DNA from: Macrostomum lignano | Taxonomy: Eukaryota | Assembly (NCBI GenBank): GCA_002269645.1 | Contig: NIVC01000530.1 | Span: forward strand, 124,001 to 188,000 | DNA: 64,000 nt | Reading direction: 5' to 3' | Shown: one piece after another, positions 1-13,234 of the stretch | How positions within the stretch are numbered: position 1 is the stretch's first letter | Layout of the letters: every line of letters starts with the position of its first letter | The notes under the pieces: generated by a model | Told to the model about the DNA's origin: nothing | The model's input: the letters and a program-made list of their open reading frames with translations, nothing else | The model's database searches: none | Program-made: the position numbers and the translations under genes

Positions 1-127
1 TGGTGGGTGTCATTATTAAATTTACCAATGCAATGTGCACGTATATAGCATACCTATTATTGCACCTAGATGACCCATGTAGAATTGTATGAGTCCTTAC
101 ATAAACCCTGTTTATTGTTGTTAGTCT

Positions 128-420
128 CCTTAAATGTCCTCTGTAGTACTATAGGCATGCCTTTAAATGATCCTTCTGTAGTATTACACGCGTCCTTAAA
201 TGACCCAACTGCAGTATTACACGCGTCCTTAAATGACCCAACTGCAGTAGTACACGCGTCCTTAAACGACCCAACTGCAGTATTACACGCCTGTCCTTAA
301 ACGACCCCAATGCAGTATTACTCGCGACTCACGTGTCCTTAAATGACCCCTATGCAGTATCAGTGTTAAAAGTGTGTCCTTAAATGACCTTTGTATTATT
401 GCATGTGTAACCCTCAATGA
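128..420. repeat. 33-bp intronic minisatellite (CACGCGTCCTTAAATGACCCAACTGCAGTATTA), degenerate at the edges
   Basis: About 4 clean units plus decayed flanks, directly upstream of the pumilio acceptor. Confidence 0.9.
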
Positions 421-467
421 CCCCTGCCCTAAAATGACCCCAACCCTCACCCGTCCCTCAATGTCAG

Positions 468-926
468 CACGTGCTGGAGCACGGCAAGCCGGAAGACAAG
501 AGCCGCATCGTGAGCCTATTGCGCGGCAAATTCATTTCGCTATCGTCGCACAAATTCGCCAGCAATGTTGTTGAAAAGGTGGTGGCCCACTCAAGTCGAC
601 AGGAGCGCCAGGCTTTGATAGCCGAAATACTGGACGATCCGGATCCGCAAGCTCTGTACAATATGATGAAGGATCAGTTTGCTAATTACGTCATCCAGCG
701 GATGCTGGACGCTGCGGATCCGGGCCAGCGCAAGGCCCTGATGCACCGGATCCGGCCGCACATACCCGGGCTGAGGAAGTTCACCTACGGCAAGCATATT
801 ATAGCTAAAATTGAAAAGTACTTTCTAAAATCTGGCGAAGGACAGCAGCAGCATCAGCAGGACTTGGACGGGCACTCTAGCGGCGCCAGCAGTCTTAACA
901 GCAGCCAAAACAATGGCGGATTATAA
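468..926 (+). CDS. pum: Pumilio (PUF family) terminal coding exon: end of PUF repeat 6, repeats 7-8 and C-terminal tail
   Basis: Acceptor tgtcag| at 467, then HVLEHG...[10 protein letters not shown]...[15 protein letters not shown]...[15 protein letters not shown], the canonical Pumilio repeat 7 (SNVVE) and repeat 8 (NYVIQ) motifs; TAA at 924-926. Upstream exons lie outside the window. Confidence 0.95.
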   Translation, partial: HVLEHGKPEDKSRIVSLLRGKFISLSSHKFASNVVEKVVAHSSRQERQALIAEILDDPDPQALYNMMKDQFANYVIQRMLDAADPGQRKALMHRIRPHIPGLRKFTYGKHIIAKIEKYFLKSGEGQQQHQQDLDGHSSGASSLNSSQNNGGL

Positions 927-1219
927 TTACTTATTCATTGTTTCCTTTTGGTTAGTTCCCAATCTAATTAGTGTGCTCTATAATTATATATTTATCATCT
1001 AATGGAATCGGTGATCCCCCATCTTGTCTTCCCTGTAAATCAATAGGTTGTTGCGGTTGTGCTGGGTTGTCATGTTATTAAATTCCCTGTCGATAACTGA
1101 CTGGTTTGCTACTAGTTATACTACTGGTAATTAGTTTATTTAGTAGTATAATCTTATCTTAATTACTTGATAGAGTTGAACATGTCAATCTCAAGTTAAA
1201 TTCTGAATGGTATCATAAT

Positions 1220-1798
1220 CATTAGTGACAGCGTGAACAGTCAGTGATTACCATTAGTGACAGCGTGAACAGTCAGTGATTATCATTAGTGACAGTGTGA
1301 ACAGTCAGTGATTACCATTAGTGACAGCGTGAACAGTCAGTGATTACCATTAGTGACAGCGTGAACAGTCAGTGATTACCATTAGTGACAGCGTGAACAG
1401 TCAGTGATTATCATTAGTGACAGCGTGAACAGTCAGTGATTACCATTAGTGACAGCGTGAACAGTCAGTGATTATCATTAGTGACAGCGTGAACAGTCAG
1501 TGATTATCATTAGTGACAGCGTGAACAGTCAGTGATTACCATTAGTGACAGCGTGAACAGTCAGTGATTACCATTAGTGACAGCGTGAACAGTCAGTGAT
1601 TACCATTAGTGACAGCGTGAACAGTCAGTGATTACCATTAGTGACAGCGTGAACAGTCAGTGATTACCATTAGTGACAGCGTGAACAGTCAGTGATTACC
1701 ATTAGTGACAGCGTGAACAGTCAGTGATTACCATTAGTGACAGCGTGAACAGTCAGTGATTACCATTAGTGACAGCGTGAACAGTCAGTGATTATCAT
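1220..1798. repeat. 32-bp minisatellite (CATTAGTGACAGCGTGAACAGTCAGTGATTAC), about 18 near-identical copies
   Basis: Direct tandem units about 300 bp after the pumilio stop, probably within the 3' UTR region. Confidence 0.97.
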
Positions 1799-2664
1799 TT
1801 CTGAACTCTGAAAGGAGTTTATTAGTAATAAGAAGCGGAATTTAGCGAAATTGACTCACCATTCTACTGATTAGTAGTTGAAGCAGCCAGGAGACTTGTA
1901 GTTTGCATGCAGAAGTGGAACTCCAGCTAACCGTTTTTTACCTATGAAGTCACCTTGTATAATTAATTTCATTTTCTATCGAGTTAGTTTAGCAGCTTTA
2001 CTTATAAATTTTCAATTGTTTTGAACTTTCCTTCCTCTAATCTGTCAACATCTGTCTCTGAAGTGTTTGTCTTTGTACGCACCGGCTTGCACTATCATGT
2101 TTGTCTTGGGCACTCAACTGCTAATGCTAATTTGTTTGTTTTTTGCTGTAATTTTATTTATTTTAATATGAAGCTCCTGTTAGTAAATGCCCCCCGGCAC
2201 ATGGTGTAATTATGTATCATATTGTTTTTTTGTATAGGTATTTTAAACTGTGCGTTTTGTTGTCCTTCATTGTTTTAATTATCAGCACAATACATAGTCT
2301 AGCCTTTAACTGTGTTTGATTGAGCAAAATGAATCAGTAATTTTTGAAGCAATTTCACTCCCAAGGCAAGCATTAATGATTAATGAATGTGAATAATTGT
2401 ATTTTGTAATTCCCTGAATCATATTTATCTATTCACCTTAATTTTGTCTTATTAATACATTAACAATATAATTATCAAAATTGCATCAATTTCCTATTGT
2501 GGTGCAAGTTAATCCATTCTCGGTGCGGGACTGCTTAACGAAATCTCTTACTCGTCTGCTTGTTTTAGTGTCTTCTGCTTTTTGCTTTTTTTTGAAGCTT
2601 TTCTGCTTCCGGTGATTGTTGTTTACCGAATTAGACCTGTGTATGCTGTGTACCGTCTCACCCA

Positions 2665-4380
2665 CGAACTTATCTACCCTCTCAGTGTCTACCTTCTCAC
2701 CCACTCCCCTATCTACCCTCTCAGTGTCTACCTTCTCACCCACTCCCCTATCTACCCTCTCAGTGTCTACCTTCTCACCCACTCCCCTATCTACCCTCTC
2801 AGTGTCTACCTTCTCACCCACTCCCCTATCTACCCTCTCAGTGTCTACCTTCTCACCCACTCCCCTATCTACCCTCTGAGTGTCTACCTTATCATCCACT
2901 CCCCTGTCTATCTCAGTGTCTACCTTCTCATCCACTCCCCTGTCTATCTCAGTGTCTACCTTCTCATCCACTCCCCTGTCTATCTCAGTGTCTACCTTCT
3001 CATCCACTCCCCTGTCTATCTCAGTGTCTACCTTCTCATCCACTCCCCTGTCTATCTCAGTGTCTACCTTCTCATCCACTCCCCTATCTATCCGTTAAGT
3101 GTCTACCTTCTCATCCACTCCCCTGTCTATCTCAGTGTCTACCTTCTCATCCACTCCCCTGTCTATCTCAGTGTCTACCTTCTCATCCACTCCCCTATCT
3201 ACCCTCTCAGTGTCTACCTTCTCATCCACTCCCCTATCTACCCTCTCAGTGTCTACCTTCTCACCCACTCCCCTATCTACCCTCTCAGTGTCTACCTTCT
3301 CATCCACTCCCCTATCTACCCTCTCAGTGTCTACCTTCTCATCCACTCCCCTATCTACCCTCTCAGTGTCTACCTTCTCATCCACTCCCCTATCTACCCT
3401 CTGAGTGTCTACCTTCTCACCCACTCCCCTATCTACCCTCTGAGTGTCTACCCTCTCATCCACTCCCCTATCTACCCGTTAAGTGTCTACCTTATCATCC
3501 ACTCCCCTATCTATCTCCGTTTCTACCTTCTCATCCACTCCCCTGTCTATCTCAGTGTCTCCTTCTCATCCACTCCCCTGTCTATCTCAGTGTCTACCTT
3601 CTCATCCACTCCCCTATCTATCTCCGTTTCTACCTTCTCATCCACTCCCCTATCTATCTCCGTTTCTACCTTCTCATCCACTCCCCTGTCTATCTCAGTG
3701 TCTACCTTCTCACCCACTCCCCTATCTCACCCTCTGAGTGTCTACCTTCTCATCCACTCCCCTATCTATCTTAGTGTCTACCTTCTCATCCACTCCCCTA
3801 TCTATCTCCTTTTCTACCTTCTCATCCACTCCCCTGTCTACCCTCTGAGTGTCTACCTTCTCATCCACTCCCCTATCTATCTCCTTTTCTACCTTCTCAC
3901 CCACTCCCCTATCTCACCCTCTGAGTGTCTACCTTCTCATCCACTCCCCTATCTATCTTAGTGTCTACCTTCTCATCCACTCCCCTATCTATCTCCTTTT
4001 CTACCTTCTCATCCACTCCCCTATCTACCCGCTAAGTGTCTACCTTCTCATCCACTCCCCTATCTATCTCAGTGTCAACCTTCTCATCCACTCCCCTATC
4101 TATCTCCTTTTCTACCTTCTCATCCACTCCCCTATCTACCCGCTAAGTGTCTACCTTCTCATCCACTCCCCTATCTATCTCAGTGTCAACCTTCTCATCC
4201 ACTCCCCTATCTATCTGAGTGTCTACCTTCTCATCCACTCCCCTATCTATCTCAGTGTCTACCTTCTCATCCACTCCCCTATCTATCTGAGTGTCTACCT
4301 TCTCATCCACTCCCCTATCTATCTGAGTGTCTACCTTCTCATTCACTTCTCTATCTAAATCTCAGTGTCTACCCTCTCTA
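2665..4380. repeat. Pyrimidine-rich 36/39-bp minisatellite (CTCAGTGTCTACCTTCTCATCCACTCCCCTATCTA[CC])
   Basis: Mixed 36- and 39-bp units; source of the repetitive shadow ORFs at 2486-4358. Confidence 0.97.
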
Positions 4381-5827
4381 AGCCAGCCCCTCTACTCCCT
4401 AAGCCACTTTTTATAATTTATTCTATCACGAATCGTCACCATCAAATTTTATGCACCCCCGCTACTCTCATCCTTCGAATAAGTGAGATGATAAGAAAGC
4501 CGCAGAAAAATCTTTCAAAATCCGAAATTTAATATCCGCCCATCTGTTTTGAGCAGAACTTAAACAATTCAATTTTAGGAAGACCATGCAGCTAACAACT
4601 ATAAAAGCATTAGCCTTCCCAAGCCATGTATGGCTAAGAATATTATAGTTTGAGCGAATTTTTACCAAGCAAGCAGAACCTCATCTGTCTCCTGCTCAGG
4701 GTGGGTGAGCAGAGCGAGTTGCTTGCTCAGCTTGTTTGCTCTTCTGCCGCCGCCGCCGCCCCAGGGGGTACCACCGACGTCAGCCCCCACCCCAAACAAC
4801 ACAAACAAGGGGGGTCGGTCGCCCCCCCCCCGCTGCCGCCAACTTTCACTTTACCGCGACAATCGGCTGAGCTATGGGTGGGGGGCGTTCCTTTGTTTGC
4901 TCTCCTCCTCTCTCTCTCCCACGTTCGACGGCGACCGTGAGTGCAGGCCTAGGAATTGGGGTCCGCTCTCGCGGTTTCCTAGAATTATTCGGGCGGTAAT
5001 GGGTATTGGAGCCGGCCGCCTGCTCACTTGTTTGCCGAAGGCCTACTAGGCTCTTCAGGCCTTGCTAGCGGAGCGACATGTGATTCAACCTAGGGTAAAC
5101 CCTAACAGCGCTCACCAACCAACCAAGGCTCTGGTAAACACAAATTCTGTCGTTGCTATGACAACGAAACGAAACGGGAACGAATGAATCCAGAGAAAGT
5201 TCCTAACTGTGGGGGCCGTTGTGTTCAGCGTTGAATAAGGCTGAACGGAATAGAATGAGCAGGACTCGACGGAGAGCTGCTGAAGTATAAGCTTGAGAGA
5301 ACTCCCGGCGGAAACCGGATCCCTTGTTTGCTCGGGATTGGAGTCCGTGGCGGCAGCTTCCCAGCTGCATCATGGCCAGCTTGTGCCGCTGCTGCATGCT
5401 GCCTTATCAGTTGTTTGCTCAAGTTCTGCAGGGCCCCCGGACGGGGATGTTGGAGGCACCAGCAGCAGCAGCACAAGGCAAACACTGGGCCTCGGCTCTT
5501 CCTCGCGGCCTGACATCTTCCATCCTGCAGGAAGTGGATGGATGGATGAAGCCAAGAGGACTGACGAAGGGAGGGGGTGATGAGGAAAATGAGAATATGG
5601 GAGAGATCCATTTTTCTGTCCGGAGATCGGTTTTCTGTACGCCGATAAGTGTAAGCCGTGCAGCTCGAGTCCTAATTGAAATTTTGCAATCTGAACAAAA
5701 TTTTCGAAACCTTTTATGTGGAAATGAAGATCAGCAGAGTAAGAGATGAAGATTTACATGCAACGGCAAATTAGGGGAGAGAGAGACGGTGCAATAAAGA
5801 GGGAGGTTGCGTTGAATGAAAAATTGG

Positions 5828-7215
5828 TAGAGTGAGGGATTGGGTAGAGTGAGGGATTGGGTAGAGTGAGGGATTGAGTAGAGTGAGGGATTGGGTAGAG
5901 TGAGGGATTGGGTAGAGTGAGGGATTGGGTAGAGTGAGGGATTAGGTAGAGTGAGGGATTGGGTAGAGTGAGGGATTGGGTAGAGTGATGGATTGGGTAG
6001 AGTGAGGGATTGGGTAGAGTGATGGATTGGGTAGAGTGAGGGATTGAGTGGAGTTAGGGATTCGGTAGAGTGAGGGATTGGGTAGAGTGAAGGATTGGGT
6101 AGAGTGAGAGATTGGGTAGAGTGAGAGATTGGGTAGAGTGAGGGATTGGGTATAGAGTTGGGGACTGGGTAGAGTGAGAGATTGGGTAGAGTGAGGGATT
6201 GGGTAGAGTGGGGGATTGGGTAGAGTGAGGGATTAGGTAGAGTGAGGGATTGGGTAGAGTGAGGGATTGGGTAGAGTGAGGGATTGGGTAGAGTGAGAGA
6301 TTGGGTAGAGTGAGGGATTGGGTAGAGTGAGGGATTGAGTGGAGTGAAGGATTGGGTAGAGTGAGATATTGGGTAGAGTGAGGGATTGGGTAGAGTGAGG
6401 GATTGGGTAGAGTGAGGGATTGGGTAGAGTGAGGGATTGGGTAGAGTGAGGGATTGGGTAGAGTGAGGGATTGGGTAGAGTGAGGGATTGGGTAGAGTGA
6501 GGGATTGGGTAGAGTGGGGGATTGGGTAGAGTGAGAGATTGGGTAGAGTGATGGATTGGGTAGAGTGAGGGATTGAGTGGAGTGAAGGATTGGGTAGAGT
6601 GAGAGATTGGGTAGAGTGAGGGATTGGGTAGAGTGAGGGATTGGGTAGAGTGAGAGATTGGGTAGAGTGAGGGATTGGGTAGAGTGAGGGATTGGGTAGA
6701 GTGAGAGATTGGGTAGAGTGGGGGGATTGGGTAGAGTGAGAGATTAGGTAGAGTGAGGGATTGGGTAGAGTGAGAGATTAGGTAGAGTGGGGGATTGGGT
6801 AGAGTGAGAGATTAGGTAGAGTGAGGGATTGGGTAGAGTGAGAGATTGGGTAGAGTGAGAGTTGGGTAGAGTGAGGGATTGGGTAGAGTGAGAGATTAGG
6901 TAGAGTGAGGGATTGAGTGGAGTGAAGGATTGGGTAGAGTGAGAGATTGGGTAGAGTGAGGGATTGGGTAGAGTGAGAGATTGGGTAGAGTGAGGGATTG
7001 GGTAGAGTGAGAGATTAGGTAGAGTGAGGGATTGAGTGGAGTGAAGGATTGGGTAGAGTGAGAGATTGGGTAGAGTGAGGGATTGGGTAGAGTGAGAGAT
7101 TGGGTAGAGTGAGAGATTGGGTAGAGTGAGGGATTGGGTAGAGTGAGAGATTGGGTAGAGTGAGGGATTGGGTAGAGTGAGGGATTGGGTAGAGTGAGGG
7201 GTTGGGTAGAGTGAG
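5828..7215. repeat. 17-bp G-rich minisatellite (GAGGGATTGGGTAGAGT), about 80 copies
   Basis: Tandem units, two GGG runs per unit. Confidence 0.97.
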
Positions 7216-7896
7216 ATATGACATGTAGGTATACAGGGAAGGATAAAGGAGGAGATAAGACCTAATGATAAAGATGGAGATAATAGATAGATTTTAATGA
7301 TAAGGTAGAGGGAGAGAGGGAGAGGCAATTGAAGCCAGAGGGGTAGAGAAGTACCCGTTAGTGAGTTGAGCTGTCAAGAGTGGCACTGCGTGTAAATGGA
7401 TTGATAAAGCAATTACGAGCGTATTAAGAAATTATTAACAAGTATTACGCTACACTCCATTGCTCCACCAATTGTCTCACTTTTTGAGCCTACGAATTGC
7501 AGGCCGCATACACCGTAAGTAGGAGCTCTGCTGCAGGCTGGGACGCCAAGGCTGTTAACGGAGCTTCCCCAGATTGGCAATGCGCAAGTGTTGGGGGGTC
7601 TCGGAGGACTGAAGACTGTTGGAATTATTGCACACTTGAAATCCTGCCCCACTCGAAATGAAACATGCAGGGGGGGGGGCAGCGCAGGGCTCTTGTCTGA
7701 TATTGCTTCCACCGCCTCACGCCAAGACTGTTTGCACCAAGACGGTCTCACCCACTTCACAGCTGCAGCCGGGGTTCGACTTCTGCTAACCCCTTTTTCT
7801 TCGCGCGTTGGAGCTCTGTAGCTGTTATTTGCTGAGCTGTTTGTGGCCTGGAGATTAACCTGACCTCAGCTCATAACTGCTTTATGTATGTATGCA

Positions 7897-8390
<494 letters not shown>

Positions 8391-8999
8391 ACCGCAGCCC
8401 CCTCGCACTTGCACAGCCACCCGCTTCTCTGGCAGTCTGTCGGCGGCTCTGCTTGCAAAAGCAAGACAGCCCAAACCGAGTTGAGCTGGTCTGCAGGCGG
8501 GCGTCCCCCCCCCCCTATCCGGCGGCCCCAGCGCGCAACCCGAACAGTTGAGCAAACACAAAGGCCAGCTTGGGAATACGTGAGCACAAGCCGACTTGAG
8601 CTGCTCGTATCGCTGAGATTCGAGCTCCCCATCCATCGTTTATTCCGGGGAAGGCTGGCTGAGCAGTCGGTGGGAGCGGGGGGGGGGTCGGGTCTGTGTT
8701 TGCACTGGGACCTGCTGTTCAGACCCGATCCGGGACCTCCCATGCAGCGGCTTAGGGATTTTTGTTGGAATCTTTTAGTCCCTGATAATCGGGGCAAAAA
8801 AGTTAGCGCTGGAAGTGGACGGGCTTGCTCCAGTGTAGCTTAAATTGCCATTTTCTTGGTTTCCCGACAGGTATCATGACTGGTGCATGACGCTTATAAT
8901 CTGATAGTCCACTCTACGAGTATGACTATTTTTTGTCCATATTGTTGTCATTAACTGTTATAATTTTTTTAACATAACTTCGTGTTATTGAGAGTAGTC

Positions 9000-9308
9000 C
9001 TAGAGTAAGTTCATAAAGAGTAGGTCATAGAGAGTAGGTCATAGAAAGTAGGTCATAGAGAGTAGATCATAGATATTAGGTCATAAAGAGTAGGTCATAG
9101 AGAGTACGTCATAGAGAGTAGGTCATAGAGAGTAGGTCACAGATATTTGGTCATAGAGAGTAGGTCATGGAGAGTAGGTCATAGAAAGTAGGTCATGAGT
9201 AAAAGATTATAGAGAGTAGGTCATACAGAGTAGGTCATAGAGAGTACGTCATAGAGAGTAGGTCATAGAGAGTAGGTCATAGACAGTAGGTCATAGACAG
9301 TAGGTCAA
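9000..9308. repeat. 14-bp minisatellite (AGAGAGTAGGTCAT), about 20 copies
   Basis: Directly visible tandem units. Confidence 0.95.
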
Positions 9309-9769
9309 AGAGGATGATGTCAAGCGAAGGCCGACCAACCACAATGGACAGCAGATAATTCTAAATGTCCCAAATCCCAGTGATTACTGTCCGCTCGATA
9401 GCCAGATCCCCCGTAATTTTCTGTTTAATCTGGCATTTCCTCTCCCAGCCGAACCAAATTGCCTTCATTGTTGACCGAAGGCGAGCTCACATTAGTGCTA
9501 TCAGAGTTATATAACTCATTTAATTAAATCTGTTTGCTTGCCAACCAGTCAATGCTATGCAGTTTTTATTTGTGTGAATTTCAACTTCGACCAATCGCCT
9601 ATGCAATCGATGTCAATATTGAGAGATTCCCAGTGATCTGGGTGGCCAGTGGTTTGATTGACAGGTCGGCACTGCTGATTTTGTGCAAGTTGAAAGAATA
9701 TTGCTCAAAAACTGCCTACAAATTTGGCTATGAGAGAGGTAGAGAAGTAGAGAGACATGTCGAAAATTA

Positions 9770-10692
9770 GATGGAGACAGGTAGACAGTAGATAGAGACA
9801 GGTTGAAAATTAGATGGAGACAGACAGTAGATAGAGACAGGTAGAAGGTAGATAGAGAGGTAGACAGTAGATAGAGACAGGTTGAAAATTAGATGGAGAC
9901 AGACAGTAGATAGAGACAGGTAGAAGGTAGATAGAGAGGTAGACAGTAGATAGAGACAGGTCGAAAATTAGATGGAGACAGACAGTAGATAGAGACAGCA
10001 GATAGAGACAGTAGATAGAGACAGCAGATAGAGACAGTAGATAGAGACAGGTAGACAGTAGATAGAGACAGGTAGACAGCAGATAGAGACAGTAGATAGA
10101 GACAGTAGATAGAGACCGGTAGACAGTAGATAGAGACAGTAGATAGAGATCGGTAGACAGTAGATAGAGACCGGTAGACAGTAGATAGAGACCGGTAGAA
10201 AGTAGATGGAGACAGGTAGACAGTAGATAGAGACAGGTAGACAGTAGATAGAGACAGGTAGACAGTAGATAGAGACAGGTAGACAGAGACAGTAGATAGA
10301 GACCGGTAGACAGTAGATAGAGACAGGTAGACAGTAGATAGAGACCGGTAGACAGTAGATAGAGACAGGTAGACAGTAGATAGAGACAGGTAGACAGAGA
10401 CAGTAGATAGAGACCGGTAGACAGAGACAGTAGATAGAGACCGGTAGACAGTAGATAGAGACAGGTAGACAGAGACAGTAGATAGAGACCGGTAGACAGT
10501 AGATAGAGACAGTAGATAGAGACAGTAGATAGAGACAGTAGATAGAGACAGTAGATAGAGACAGTAGATAGAGACCGGTAGACAGTAGATAGAGACAGTA
10601 GATAGAGACAGTAGATAGAGACCGGTAGACAGTAGATAGAGACAGGTAGACAGAGACAGTAGATAGAGACAGTAGACAGAGACAGTAGACAG
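9770..10692. repeat. Purine-rich compound minisatellite built from AGACAGTAGATAG / AGACAGGT / AGACCGGT modules
   Basis: Directly visible, variable unit length. Confidence 0.95.
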
Positions 10693-11374
10693 TTACGTGG
10701 CGATGGAACGGTACGTCACAGAGCCATCAAAAGCGCGGGGCACAATGGGGCTAGCAATGGCGCTTTGTCTCCTGTGAAACAGGCAGTGTCAGACAATACA
10801 GCGGCTACTAAAATCCATTGTAATCCATACAGCTCTGGGCTGCAAACATTATACGATTTTAATACGATCACAGAACAGTGCTTTCCTGTCCCCCTGTGCA
10901 TGCGATTCCGTTCCGCACACCACTGCTTTCTATAATCTCTCACCTTTCCACTCTCATGTGTATATAATATGGTGTGCAATAATATGTGGGGCCTCTAATA
11001 TTATTATGCATCTTGCCCATGCACTGAGGCTGTTACTGTTATACTCGCCGGTTAAGCGTGAAGTGGGCCCTTATAATCGACTCCAACTTAGCTAACTAGC
11101 TGCACACAACTGGCCTCCTAGCTCCTAGCCAGAATCACTTTGCCCGCCCCCTGTAGGAGAACTCTGTTTTTAGACAAGTGTAGGCCGATTGCAAGTTTTC
11201 TATTCATTTTGCACTGCGAGTCAGCCTACAGTTGTATAACTATGAAGGAGTCTGGACAAAGAGTTTCTGCTCCCAGTTTGTGCTTCCAGACCCCTTCTTG
11301 GCTTTTCCCAAAACCGTCTGCACATTGAGTACGATTATTATCACTGCGGAGCTATCGATATGAACTTGTCCAGG

Positions 11375-12320
11375 TCCTGTCTTTGTCTGTCCTGTCTTTG
11401 TCTGTCCTCTCTTTGTCTGTCCTGTCTTTGTCTGTCCTGTCTTTGTCTGTCCTGTCTTTGTCTGTCCTGTCTTTGTCTGTCCTGTCTTGTCTGTCCTGTC
11501 TTTGTCTGTCCTGTCTTTGTCTGTCCTGTCTTGTCTGTCCTGTCTTTGTCCTGTCTTTGTCCTGTCTTTGTCTGTCCTGTCTTTGTCTGTCCTGTCCTTG
11601 TCCTGTCTTTGTCTGTCCTGTCTTTGTCTGTCCTGTCTTTGTCCTGTCTTTGTCCTGTCTTTGTCTGTCCTGTCTTTGTCCTGTCTTTGTCCTGTCTTTG
11701 TCTGTCCTGTCTTGTCTGTCCTGTCTTTGTCTGTCCTGTCTTTGTCTGTCCTGTCTTTGTCTGTCCTGTCTTTGTCTGTCCTGTCTTTGTCTGTCCTGTC
11801 TTTGTCTGTCCTGTCTTTGTCTGTCCTGTCTTTGTCTGTCCTGTCTTTGTTTGTCCTGTCTGTCCTGTCTTTGTCTGTCCTGTCTTTGTTTGTCCTGTCT
11901 TTGTCTGTCCTGTCTTTGTTTGTCCTGTCTGTCCTGTCTTTGTCTGTCCTGTCTTTGTCTGTCCTGTCTTTGTCTGTCCTGTCTTTGTCTGTCCTGTCTT
12001 TGTCTGTCCTGTCTTGTCTCTCCTGTCTTGTCTCTCCTGTCTTGTCTCTCCTGTCTTGTCTCTCCTGTCTTGTCTCTCCTGTCTTGTCTCTCCTGTCTTG
12101 TCTCTCCTGTCTTGTCTCTCCTGTCTTGTCTCTCCTGTCTTGTCTCTCCTGTCTTGTCTCTCCTGTCTTGTCTCTCCTGTCTTGTCTCTCCTGTCTTGTC
12201 TCTCCTGGCTTGTCTCTCCTGTCTTGTCTCTCCTGTCTTGTCTCTCCTGTCTTGTCTCTCCTGGCTTGTCTCTCCTGTCTTGTCTCTCCTGTCTTGTCTT
12301 GCCTGTCCTGTCTTGTCTCT
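11375..12320. repeat. Two adjacent pyrimidine-rich arrays: 15-bp TGTCCTGTCTTTGTC followed by 14-bp TGTCTCTCCTGTCT
   Basis: Directly visible; the unit switches near 12010. Confidence 0.96.
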
Positions 12321-13234
12321 TACACATGTGTCTTGTCTGTCACTCCTTGCAGAAACCAGCTTACTACAAATCTATAACACTTGCGCAGCTCTGCTCAGTA
12401 CACAAAGTTGAAGCATAAACAAGATTAATAATTATTTCTATTTCAAAATAAGGCACGCGGCTCTCAGCTTAGGTTGGAGTCTGCTGGAGTGTTGAGGAAC
12501 TGGCTCGGGGTTCAAGTGGCCCTGGGTGGCAAGGGTTTTTTCGTTTTGGCTCAATTTTTTGAACCTGCTCAGACTCAAGAGCTGAGACAGGAGTCACCCG
12601 CAGTCCTTATATAATAAAGCATATATTCATATCATGGCTAAGCCAGATTATGATGAATTATCACAGGCAAATAACTAAAGCAGGAAGGCTGATCGACCAC
12701 AATTTATAAATAATTGATCATTGTTCACAATTCGCAGAAACTGCCGCAGTTTTCTCAGGTGGCGTGCAGTGCACATTATATAATAATGTAAAATTTTCAT
12801 TCCAATTCACTGCATTGCAGGCACTTGAGGGAATTAGTTCAAGATGATAAATGAATAGTTATGTAAAGTTGGTTTTAGTTTGAGTTCATTCTTTATACGC
12901 TTATAAATATTTATATATAAATGATAGTTCAGATGGTTAATAAATTGTAAATATAGAGAGATTTGAAATTCAAACACGCGGGTTTGCAGAAGAGCAGATA
13001 AATAAATATTTATAGGAAATAGTTTCTTAAAGAAGATAAGTAATATTAAATTCAATTTGATTTAGGCATACAGTACAGTTTACAGGGGCGACGGAATCTG
13101 TGCTTTTCGGTTACAAAATCTGAGGGCAAGCAGTCACCTGCAATTCCTGGGCTTGTCATTTTGGAGTTTATGACGTATTTGTAATTGGTGTAGATCAGTC
13201 TGTTAGAGCCATTGCTAGGGTTGGTAGAGTGTGA

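Noticed and set aside
1220-1798. CRISPR-like regular 32-37-bp repeats (here and at 21830-22492, 41250-42200)
   Set aside because: Head-to-tail units with no unique spacers, no cas genes, eukaryotic context
927-2500. Pumilio autoregulatory elements (UGUAHAUA) in its 3' UTR
   Set aside because: Only near-matches (e.g. TGTAAATC at about 1014); no exact site found by eye
2486-4358. Long ORFs (up to 459 aa) on both strands
   Set aside because: Pure translations of the 36/39-bp array; no unique coding content
5225-5749. Overlapping short ORFs as an unknown gene (also 7588-7821 and 8409-8843)
   Set aside because: No recognisable domain, no consistent exon chain or frame preference; better explained as regulatory islands, though a lncRNA is not excluded
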